Both the position numbers and the translations under genes were made by a program. Below the pieces are notes generated by a model, which searched no databases, had not been told where the DNA came from, and saw only the letters and a program-made list of their open reading frames with translations. 64,000 nucleotides of DNA from Azolla caroliniana (lineage: Eukaryota; Plantae; Polypodiophyta): NCBI GenBank assembly GCA_043228905.1, contig JBHGNT010000020.1:2542001-2606000 (forward strand), written 5' to 3'. This document shows positions 25,801 through 36,835 of the stretch, piece by piece. Position 1 is the first letter of the stretch. Each line of letters begins with the position of its first letter.

Positions 25801-26825
25801 GGTCAATACCTGATCCTTCATCTTCATGGTGAGACCCATAGCTTCCAGTTGTGGTCATCTATGAACGTCACGAAGTACTGCGATCCGGCATGTGACTTCG
25901 TGTCCACTTGGCATACATCGGTATGCACAAGGTCCAACGGTGCATTCCATCTTGACGGTGGTCTCGACCGGAAAGAGGTTCGGTCTGCTTGCCGACCAGG
26001 CAATTGGTGCACCTTTCAAGTTGCACGTCTTTCACCTCAAGAATGAGCTTATCTTCGGAAAGTCTTCTCATCCCTTTCTAGCTCACGTGACACAACCTCT
26101 TGTGCCACAACTCACCAGTAGTGTCAGATACAAACTTTCCGATCCAAACTTCTCCAATCTTGACCCTTCTTTGAGTCGTCATTGTCGGTTCCTTTCTCCT
26201 TCCGGAAGTGTCGACAATTCTTCTGGAAGTGCCCCTGCTTTCCACACTAGATGCAGGTGAGCCTCCCACTTGACTTCGACATTGTCCCTGATTTGTCCCA
26301 GTTCTATGGACTCTGATTCCGGCCTCTTCCCCGGTTATGGTCATCTTCCGTAACCAAGGCCTTCGGATCGGTTCCAGCTCGGCGTTGCCCAAAGTGACAA
26401 CTAGCATCTCCTAACTATCTGGGAAGGAACCGAGCAACAACAACGCGAGTACCTCGTCGGCTAGAGGTACTTCCAACGAGGTTGTTTGGTTTATTAGCCC
26501 TTGGAATGCATTCATGTGCTTTACCATGCTGGATCCGTCTTGGTATCAGACTCTCACTAACTTCCGGAATATCGGAACCCGATTTACGACGTTCTTGCTC
26601 TCCAGCATGGTGCCGATTTTCTCCCAAAGCACATGGGCCTTACTTTCTTCGTTGAAGTTGTTGTACATGCTCATGTCGATGAAGCATCGAATGTATGTTG
26701 TTGTCTTCATGTGCATCACCTCCTAGTTCGCGGCATCGATTTTATTTGGTCTTTTGTCTCCGAAACAATACGGAAATGAAGATTAATGCACTTACACAGA
26801 ATGAGATGACACCAGATGTTAACGT

Positions 26826-28369
26826 CGTCGCGAAGTTTCGCGCGCATGTGTTACTTGGGCGGGACCACGGGGGTCTCAGACTAGGGAGTACTCAAGGGAT
26901 AGAGAAGACCTGAGGTTTGCTTTATGACAATACTACTTCCCCACCCCTTCCCGAGCAAGGTCTCGTTCCCCTTTTGTTTTGTGAGGCTGGTGGCTCTCGT
27001 TGATCACGACTCGTCGACCTTCCGAGATTACCGTACGAGCCAAGTGACCAAACGAGTACAAGCAAGATGAGCACGCAACATGAACGCACAAGGGGACGAT
27101 AACACAAACACGAATGTCCGTACGACTTTATGAGGAGGAGAGGTGCATGGGCGCGCCTGAACGCTCCCTCGTGACAAGACGTCGAACGTACGAGGAAGAC
27201 ACAAAACACACACACAAAATGCTCGTATGCCTTTATGAGGAGGAGAGGTGCATGGGCAAGCCCGAACGGTCCCCTCGTCACAAGACGGCCGAACGTACAA
27301 GGAGGACACAAACACACACACAAAATGCTCGTACGCCTTTATGAGGAGGAGAGGTGCATAGGCAAGCCCGAACGGTCCCCTCGTCACAAGACGACCGAAC
27401 GTACAAGGAAGACACAAACACACATACAAATGCTCGTACGCCTTTATGAGGAGGAGAGGTGCATGGGCAAGCCCGAAACGGTCCCCTCGTCACAAGACGG
27501 TCGAACGTACAAGAAAGACACGAATAAAGAAAGAAGGAGAGAAAGAAACACGAACAATATTGACCAAAGAGTTAAATACGTGTTTGATTCTAATGCAAGA
27601 GGACCCTTTATAAAATAGGGTTTTTTTTTACAATGGCAACTTATAGTTAACCACAAGCTCAATCAAAACATAAATATTAAATGCCCTTAGAGACAAGGCA
27701 AAACCGAACACGGCGAAGACGAACACACGAGCACCGCCAAAATGCCAATCCCAACGAACCACGACCACCCGAACGGCAAGCACACGGGCTCGCAACGACG
27801 AACGGGGCGGAGCAACGTCGAGCCAACGAAGCTTGGGCTCACGAGCACGTGGCGATGGGGGGATGAAGGGGTATGAGATGAAGAAAAGTGGTGAATAAGG
27901 AGATGAAGAGCTTCGAAGGAAAATTGGCGATAGTCTCCTCCTCCCAAAACGTCCCTCCCCATGAGCCCCCCCTCGACCTCCTTTTATAGGAAAAAAAGAA
28001 GGGGGGGTCGCCAAATTTGTTTTCAATGAAAAAGGAATAAAATTCCTTAAATCACGCTTCACCATAAGACTAGATTCAAACCGTGCACCTCTAGCTAGTA
28101 GTCAATGTGACTATCCACTAACCCACTAACTCTTTCTTGTATAATATGTATATTCTCTATAAATTTATAGCATGTCTCCCCCCTACCCTTTATCTCACCT
28201 CTCTCTTACTTTTTGCACGAGCTTCTATACCTCCCTTTTACCCTTTCTTTTCCTTTTTATTTTGCATATGCACAATTAATCGCTTTTGTGTGCACACACA
28301 TTGCACATGCACATTTTTGACCCCCTTTTCGCCGGTTTTTCCCACCCTCGAGCACGCCACATCACGACA
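26826..28369 (-). mobile_element. Solo LTR of a Phygy-like Gypsy family inserted in the Copia 5' LTR
   Basis: (C)GTCGCGA...TCACGACA termini, 4-bp TSD ACGT, and the motif GGGACCACGGGGGTCT shared with LTRs at 35972 and 55937. The Copia LTR (gttaacgtggaaaaccc) is restored when this segment is removed. Confidence 0.85.
27115..27520. repeat. ~105-bp tandem repeat x4 inside the solo LTR
   Basis: tttatgaggaggagaggtgcat...cccctcgt(c/g)acaagacg...gaacgtac at ~27127, 27232, 27337 and 27443. Confidence 0.9.
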
Positions 28370-30315
28370 ACGTGGAAAACCCTAATCAGGAAAAACCACG
28401 GGAACCCACAGATTCCAACTATCACTATGAGAGGAAGGATACAATGCGAGACTTAGAGGCAACAACCTCGAGCTCTATGTCTTCGCCAACCGACGGTTAC
28501 AATAGAAAATACTTTCTGTTTCTCTCTCGCTCTCTCTGTCTCTCTCTATCTGTACAACAATATAACAACCTCATAAAACACTATTTGCCCTAGTTATATT
28601 TATACTCATATAACTTACGAGCTATTTACAAATATGACCTCAACGGTCACGTTTGAACATATTTACAAATATGTTCCTACTTGCTGGTTCATACCAAATT
28701 TGGCCGGACTTGTTTTGGATCCATCTGATCCGGTATCCGATATCCGATTCCATCCGGTCTAGTTCCTCCCCTCGTCTTGTCTGATTCGGCTCGTTCGGTT
28801 CTCATCCGAAGGGACCTATTTCTCAATAATTCCCATGGCATTGTCATGAAGTTATGCACGTATGTGTGAAGTGGAGTTGATCCAACAGGGATATGAACTA
28901 AAGAGATAGAGTGATGAGCCTTTGTGGGTACAATACTTGAGGATGTCAAAGTTTCTTAAAGAATTTTAGTGGGAATGTGAGTTTGAGCACACTCATTGGA
29001 TATGTGTAAATTTTCGGTTTATAACTAGAGGTTTATGTATGTATTTATGTGTACATGGCAAGAGGTGGGGGGAATGCAAACATAGGAGGGGGCAAAATAA
29101 ATATTTATATTTATATTTATTTTAATTATTTATGTTAATAATAATAATAATTATTATTATTATATATAGGGGAGAAATATACCCCTCACTCGTGGAGGGG
29201 AGCTCTATAGAAGGTGCATCCCGCCTTGTCTTTGAGCTTCGTCTGGTGGACGAGAGATGTCAATTATGGCCGACATAGCGGGTTTGATTTCCGCAACATG
29301 AAAATTTATGGGTGAATGCAATTTCTAGCTCAATGGTCGGAATTGAGTTTGTTTAATGGAGTGGTAAAGAAGAAAAAGAGAGAGAATAGTTAGGAATAAA
29401 TGGAGAAGAAAATATTGTAGGTAGAGCTTCAAGGGGAGATCCTAGAGTTTTGGAGCAACATCCCAACGAATGACGGCCATGTCGTCTTTTGTCATTGTTG
29501 GTTTTGCACACCTGAGCTCTCTTTAGATTTCAACAACGCGTCCACCTTCCTCTAAAAAAGTCCCCCTTACAATGACCTCCACTTTTATAGGATTTGAGAG
29601 GCTCTCTTATAAATAAAAATAGTGAGCATGTTTTCATTTATTATTTAGCATGCACTACACTCTACTTCACGCTCTACTTTTTCTCTAGTGCATGATACTA
29701 GCAAAAAGTTAATCATAATGTCTACCATTCCAACAATTTATCCACTTGATCTCCTATGATCCAAGTAGGACTCCGGTCTCCAAACCTTAACCTCCCACCC
29801 ATAACACACGTCTCTTATCAATTGAGCTCCGCTTTTTATTATGTTTCATACAAAGTTATCCCCTCCAAAATATCTTTATGCCCGATACTCCAATTGGTTC
29901 TATAGATATGACCAACTACAAGGAAAAGAACAATGATGCCTTGTGTCATTGGATTTAATCCCCGCCCGACCAGTTGAGAGTGAAGAATGATATGAACCCC
30001 TTCACGGAGCTAGGAAAGGTTTGAGCTAAAAGATTGCGATTTAGAATTAGCTCATGAGGAAGGGGTATCTCTTTGAGATCAACTCTTGATATAATAACTC
30101 TAGTAGCACACACACATATGTGTCAAGGTGACATCTTTGGCGAACCTGACGTGAAAAGGCGGCAAGGGAGGGTATCGATGCAAGAGGAAGACTTCACAAT
30201 GATGACGATCATACTGATGGGCTGCATGTTTAGAGAAAGAAACAACGCGACCTTGCTAGATATGTAACGTCATATAGATGATCATAGAGACATCCAACTA
30301 ATTCAATGGGAAAGA

Positions 30316-30364
30316 TGTCTCACACTAATTGGAGGCTTTCAAAGCCTCCAATTAGTGTGAGACA
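30316..30364. repeat. Perfect 49-bp palindrome (24-bp arms, 1-nt spacer)
   Basis: tgtctcacactaattggaggcttt-c-aaagcctccaattagtgtgagaca. Confidence 0.95.
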
Positions 30365-30737
30365 GTCATAAGTCAGTCTTGGGAGGATAGGGAAAGGCGA
30401 CCCTTTGTACATCTAGCTCATTGATTGGTGGTTGATGTTATCTTTTCCTTGTAGAAGAAAACATGATTGCTCCAAATTACTGTCAAGAAGTTGGAACACA
30501 CAATTAACACCTTAACTTAGCATTACGTCCATACTAATGGGGTTAGTAATGGAGATCTCCGACAATGGCAATTGACTCCGGCTGCCAACAATAGTGAAGA
30601 AATCAGTGGATAATCCTCAAATCATGAGCAGGATTCTCATCCAGCCGATTTAATTTTGAGACATCTTTGGGACTAAGAGACCATCCAAATCTTGGCGCTT
30701 CCATTCTGATATCTACCACAAAAACATTCATACAATT

Positions 30738-32834
30738 TTAATTATCATCAATACCATACTGATTGTTGCACATACACAAGCCATCCTCAAAAATATGAAT
30801 AAATCTGGCGCCATTCACCTGAATCCTACGCTTCTCTACCATAGATATAAAGGATATATGAGAATGCACACCATCACAAATTCGCATGTTCTTGGTAATA
30901 TGTATAGGCATGCGTTTGGGTGTATTAATTAGGGCCCATGCAACATCAAGGTTCTCACCATGGCAACATAATACATTCTCCGATTTACCTAAGGAATATC
31001 CATCTTGTAACAGTTTCTGATTAATCTCTACGAGCTTGGCATATGCAAGTGTATATTGATAATCTTTATGCTCGGTCTTAATTCCATCTCTATTTTTCCA
31101 TGCTTTGTTATTCTTTAATCTCCAAGCCTCAATTAACTCAGACTCAATTTCCATTCCAACTGATACATATATATTTTTCATGCAAACATATGCTGCACTA
31201 CACCTTTCATCTAATCCAATTGCTTGCTCAAATGCCCATCTCCCTAGCCTCACATTCCTCCATTTTCTACAAGCGCCCAATATAGTGAGGAATAGCGGAA
31301 GATAACGAGAATATGACACCTTGTCAATCAGGGTTTTCATCTTATCAAAGTGCCCTGCCCGACCAAATAGATCAATCATACATGTGTAGTGTTCTAGTAT
31401 TGGTTCGAGACAATAAGCAACGCGCATTTCGTGAAACAACTGTTCTCCTTCCTCCATTAAACCTGCATGACTACATGCTGTCAACAATACAATGAAAGTA
31501 ACAGAATTCGGGACAATACCTTCTGCAATCATTCGTCGATATAAGTTTAAAACTACATTAGTTTGACCTAATTGTGCATGTCCATTGATAAGAGTACTCC
31601 AACTCACAACATTTCGCACTAGAAGTTGGTTGAATACTTCTTGTGCTTTCTCTGGGACACCACATTTAGAATACATGTCTATCAAGGCATTACCAAGCAC
31701 AACATCTTTCTCCAATAACCCTTGCTTTCTAAGCTCCACATGAATAGCTTCACCAATCTCTAACGAGCCAACAATTCCACATGCTTTCAGAATGCAAACA
31801 TAAGTTACACCGTTTGGGCAGACTCTAGCATCATTCATTTGTTTGAAGCATTTCAATGCATCTTCACCAAGCCCATGTTGGACATATCCACTAATCAAAG
31901 CACTCCATGATACAATGTTTCGAACTGAAAGCTTCTCGAAGATTTCTCGTGCATTTTTTAACGCACCACACTTGGAATACATGTCTATCAGAGCAGTGCC
32001 AAGCAACACATTGTTCCATAATAACCCTTGCTTTCTCACCTCCGCATCTATATATTTACCAATCTCCAGTGATCCTACAATGCCACACACATTCAAAACG
32101 CAAACATAAGTGACTGCATTTGGACGAACCCTCGCATCATTCATATGTCTGAAGCATTTCAGTGCTTCTTCACCAAACCCGTGTCGAGCATATCCACCAA
32201 TCAAGGCACTCCATGTGACAACATTCCGCATGTGAAGCTGATCAAACACATTTCGTGCTCTCTCCAAAGCACCACATTTAGAATACATGTCAACCAACGC
32301 ATTGCCAAGCATGATGTCGTCATGCAACAAGCCCTGTTCTCTAATCTCCACATCTATTTCTTCACCAATCTCCAGAGAACCCAAGAGTCCACATGCTTTC
32401 AATGTGCATGTATATGTTACCTCATCGGGGCAGACACCTGCATCTCTCATAAGTCTCAAACATTTCAATGCCTCTTCGCCCAATCCATTTTGGGCATATC
32501 CACACAACAAAGCATTCCATGTCACAGTATTCCTCACCGGAAGCTGATTGAATATCTCAAGTGCTTTCTCATGCATACCACATTTGGCATATTTGGTAAT
32601 AAGAGAAGTGGCAATACAAACATCCCTTGTAATCAAGCTTTTCTTGGCCGCATGATCATGTATCCTTCCAGCTTTCTTCTCTTTCCCACGATTTTTTATC
32701 TCATTCAAACGGGCAAGTCGTTCATGGAATGGTATCTTTGGGAGGACATCACCGTTATCATGATGCAAAAGCTCGGATTTGGAAGATTGAAATATGAGCT
32801 TTTCCATTAACTTGTCTCTGGCAAGAGGTAACAT
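30738..32834 (-). CDS. PLS-class pentatricopeptide repeat protein with E domain and degenerate DYW-like domain (organellar RNA editing factor family)
   Basis: 698-aa intronless ORF. Repeated P-L-S triplets (ALVDMYSKCG, VVTWSALIGGY, VTYVCILKACG), EHYTCMIDLFGRAG, and C-terminal LCCHGENL...INTP...TKNMRICDGVH...HIFEDGLCMC. Confidence 0.92.
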   Translation of the reverse strand: MLPLARDKLMEKLIFQSSKSELLHHDNGDVLPKIPFHERLARLNEIKNRGKEKKAGRIHDHAAKKSLITRDVCIATSLITKYAKCGMHEKALEIFNQLPVRNTVTWNALLCGYAQNGLGEEALKCLRLMRDAGVCPDEVTYTCTLKACGLLGSLEIGEEIDVEIREQGLLHDDIMLGNALVDMYSKCGALERARNVFDQLHMRNVVTWSALIGGYARHGFGEEALKCFRHMNDARVRPNAVTYVCVLNVCGIVGSLEIGKYIDAEVRKQGLLWNNVLLGTALIDMYSKCGALKNAREIFEKLSVRNIVSWSALISGYVQHGLGEDALKCFKQMNDARVCPNGVTYVCILKACGIVGSLEIGEAIHVELRKQGLLEKDVVLGNALIDMYSKCGVPEKAQEVFNQLLVRNVVSWSTLINGHAQLGQTNVVLNLYRRMIAEGIVPNSVTFIVLLTACSHAGLMEEGEQLFHEMRVAYCLEPILEHYTCMIDLFGRAGHFDKMKTLIDKVSYSRYLPLFLTILGACRKWRNVRLGRWAFEQAIGLDERCSAAYVCMKNIYVSVGMEIESELIEAWRLKNNKAWKNRDGIKTEHKDYQYTLAYAKLVEINQKLLQDGYSLGKSENVLCCHGENLDVAWALINTPKRMPIHITKNMRICDGVHSHISFISMVEKRRIQVNGARFIHIFEDGLCMCNNQYGIDDN

Positions 32835-35333
32835 GCGCCACCCATGGATTCATAACGGTTTCCTTTAGTGTTTCATGGTTGAAAAATGCTGGGCTTCTCT
32901 GGTAAGGTATAACAGAGGAAAATCAATCAAAACCCTAATCAGTTGGCGTGATGAGATGGGTCTAATATATGCGGAAGACGAAGAAGAAGAAGGAAAATAA
33001 CCCTAAAAATGCAAGTACCGTAAGAGAGGGATATGTCCTTTTATTTATTCTTCTCTTGAGGGTTTAAGCAGGACAGAAACAAAAGAAACCATATATCCAA
33101 TACAAAGATTTTGTAGGATAGTGAAAAAAAACTGATGCAAAGGATAAAGAAAACCTTCGAGGATGAGTGGTGATCGTGTGAGGGCTGCAGCAGATCATGA
33201 GGGGATGAGGAAATATTTTTCACTTACTTTGTTGGCGAAGCGGATCATGAGGGGAATGAGAAACACACTAGACTCATTTTGTTGTTAATTGTAGAGGACC
33301 TCGGTGGTAAGCGGCGAGATGGTTGATGCGGACCGAATGAAGCATATTTTTGTTTTGTGTTAAGGTTGAGTGAAGATGGTGTGGGGATCGAAGCAGATGG
33401 TGTGAGGTGAGGAGGACATAGATCATCTTGTTTTATAGGGAGATTAAGTACAAGTACATTTTCAATGTCCGTGGAGATGAAGGACATGGTTGTTTCGATA
33501 TGGGAGATGATAAATGGGGGGCTATCCAAGGAAACCCATCACTTTTCAACTGCAGCAGCCGAAGAAGATCTTGACGTACAAAACATTTGCCAAATAGCAA
33601 CACCTAGTGGACAACCAGGTGATGGTGAACAACTTCATATATGCGGAACCAAATGCAAACATGGAGTTTTTACACTACCAGCTAGGGTATGTTGAGTATG
33701 ATTACCACCAAGATATGTATTCTCTTGGACCGCACACATTTACTTATATATTTCTTTATATGTTGAGTATGGGTGTTGTTGGCAAAGGCTGAGACTATTT
33801 TCATGGATTATAATTAGCCTTATCTTGCCAAATGCCATCGTTCATATTTGGTCCTTTTTTATGATAGATACTTGTGGAATGGAAACTATTATGTACAATT
33901 TGTAGATTGCCTTTGGCATTGTTAATTTTAATACCAATGGAGCATATTGTTTATGGAAAAAAAAAAAAACCTTTGAGGTGCTACCATGGAGAAGAGGAGG
34001 CATCGACGAGCATTCATGTGATGGATCCATGATGAAGACCATCATCCCATACATACACACATAGACACGTGTTCATACATATATGTGCAAATCATAAATC
34101 GGCCTCGAGAGGGAATTGCCGCCACAGACGCTGCTTGAGGGTGCTACGATCTACACCGCTTGATTTGGATAAAAAGAACCCGTGAAATTTAAAAGCTATC
34201 AGAGGTTGGTTGCCCAACCAAATGTGGTCGCCCAACTATCACCAACTCGGTTGCCCAACCAAGTGTGGTTGCCATAAACAAATGTGGATCGGTTCATGTT
34301 CGATTCTGAACGTTGGCCTCTGATTGATTGTCTACTCTCTGTATGCACTCGTTCCTGTGCTCCTTGTTGAAGCTTCGATCTATGTTTGGGTTCATTCGCC
34401 CCTCGATAATTTCCTCTCCTGTCGGTGTCCTTGCTCAGAGCTACATCTTCACCCTCTTGGCATTCCAATTTTATGGACTTTGCCTTTTCGACTCGTCTGA
34501 TCGAGCCGGTCTTCAACTTACCTTCTGCTCCTCTTTTGGCTCTCTTCTACTCGATTGCTTGTTGTCCCATCAATTGTCCTTAGTGCTCCGAAGCGTTGTT
34601 CTGGGAGTGGCTTCATCAAGCAATCAACGATATTCACCTCGGTGTCGATCTTTCAGACTTCGAGCTTCTTGTCTATTACAAACTCCCGAATATGATGAAA
34701 CCATACCTCAATGTGTTTCGTCTTCGCATGGTAGACAAGATTCCTAATGAGGTGTATTGCGCTCTGAGTCACAATAGATGGTCGATGCTAAATGATCGAT
34801 TCTGCTTGTACCCGAAAAATCAGCAGATAGTCGGTGCAGCTAGATTGCTTCCTTTGCTGTTTCCAACGCTGTCGTGAAGATCCGTCACTACGCGCGGATC
34901 GTGAGGCGGAACCGCCGGGGTTCTGGACCGGAAGGATTCAAAGTCGGTATAAGCTTTGGCGCAAGCTTTAGCGAGAAAGTACTTAAGATAGATTGGGAAA
35001 GAGAGAAGTTGAGATTACACGATTGAGAGAGATTGATTGAACTTTTAACTTTAGATTTAAGAAACAAGTTACACCATCAATTTGATAACGAATCTCTTCT
35101 TCTTAATTTCATAATAATAAAAAAACCGTGTTTTTTCTCCTCCCCCTTCCCTCTTTTATAGATGCTCTCATGCATATGATGCATGTGAGGGTACAAGACA
35201 TGCATAAATTGCATGTTTGCCATTTGGCGCTTATGTATTACATGTGGTGCATGATAACCATGTCACTCATTTTAGCTCTCATGTATGAGAATTTACATGT
35301 AAAAGTACAATGATAGAAATATAATTTCAACTA

Positions 35334-35405
35334 AATAGCATGGCTTAATGGTAAGCCAATTGACTCCTAACTTGGAGGTGCAAGGTTTGAATCCTTACTT
35401 GCTCT
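35334..35405 (+). other. tRNA-like module in LTR U3 (second copy at ~49527-49597)
   Basis: D-stem GCTT/AAGC around AATGGT, anticodon-loop-like CT-CCT-AA, T-arm AAGG-TTTGAAT-CCTT, acceptor AGCA/TGCT. Confidence 0.65.
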
Positions 35406-36835
35406 CCTTGTATATGTAAATATGTATATATATTTATATATTTATTTATCTAATCGCCGGACGCCGGTTCGCCGGATGCCGTCGGTTACCGGTGCCTCGC
35501 CGGATACCGTCGCCGGATTGCCGCCAGATCACCGGCTCCATCGCCGGTCCGGTTTTGGTTGGCCAAAACCCTTTATGAGTAGCTAGCCCACCTCCACTCT
35601 TAGTTCAAGTTACCTTGAACTCTCTATGCTCCACACATAGACACAAAGATAATATCTTTTGCTCCACGTTATATATGATGAGAGTTGTATTTGTCGTGCC
35701 TATGTGGGATATCTCACAATTTTCTCTTTTCCTTTTACAAACTTTATACCCTCATATCTTGACATTTAGTTGTCCGTTTCTCGTGTAATAAAGTGCATTC
35801 GAAACCTCCATCATTTTGTACTTAGATATTAAATCTATTTAAAATGTTATCTTCACAATTATTGTACTATGTGATTCATACTCGATTTCGTACATTTTAT
35901 GGGATTTTCACACTATTGCCGAAAATCTTCACGACATCCACCCCCACCAAACCGCACGTCCTTCGGTACGTTGTCGGGTTATTACGCAAGTGCGTGTGGA
36001 AACGAGGCGGGACCGCGGGGGTCTCGAACCAAAGAGCAAGCGAGGGAAGAGAAAGAGGGAGAACCGGCTACGCAGGACCGGGGATACACAGGGACACGGC
36101 CCTTCAGCACGGAGAACGCGAACAGACACCGACACAGACAGATGCGAACGACTAAATATGTATATTAAGAAAAATGGCTAGCACGACTACGACCCGCGAT
36201 GGGGCACAGGTTGGTTACAACCGAACATGCCGGCGAACAGATGCCGATGCCTGTTCGCTTCGACGCACAAAGGAGGTAGCAGGTCGGAGGTGCTGCCGGA
36301 AGCGCTCGGGCGTTCCTCGAAACAGCGCGAGCCTCCTCGGAACCCTACACAGAAAGCTATCGAGCACAAGAAGGAAGGAAACAGAGAGAGAAGCCTCCAG
36401 AAACGGTCCGACAGCACTTCGTCCTCTCCGCGCGAGATCCCCGCAATAGCTCTTTCCTGCTCCTTATATAGGCCGACGAGCAGGCCGTCACGTCAGCTTT
36501 ATTCCCTGTCCCTGTTGGACAGGGATTCGCTTCGTCCTTCACGCATCCGCGTAGTTACGCCGCCGACTCGTACAGTTCCTTCGCTCGCGCGCGCGACCGA
36601 AAAGACTGTTCGCGCGGTCTTTGTCTCCACTTGTGTTAGGGCCCGTTCCCGCCAATTATCCTCCTAATTCGTTTCTATGTACGACTCGGAGCGTGCGCGC
36701 GTGAGGAACCGGTTCCCACGCCTTGGTCTGCCGATTCCGCTTATGGACGGTTTTCTTCACGACATCCGCCCCCACCTAACCGCGCATCCTCCGGTATGCG
36801 CCAAGAGAGTTGGGACGGAGAAAACCGGCCCGTCT

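Larger units (their letters stand above)
22806..28828 (-). mobile_element. Degenerate Ty1/Copia LTR retrotransposon
   Basis: TSD ATTCC (22801-22805 / 28829-28833). 3' LTR 22806-23354 with adjacent PPT (GAAGGGGGAGTT on minus). 5' LTR ~26762-28828, split by a solo LTR and lacking its PBS-proximal end. Pol motifs TPELNGLAKR, KLDPKSRPCIFLGY, LLYVDDML, KWILRYLKG. Confidence 0.93.

Noticed and set aside
33245-34869. Short ORFs and possible LINE/LTR remnants upstream of the PPR gene
   Set aside because: Too degenerate to assign; the Met-PBS-like gctatcagag at ~34195 is imperfect.
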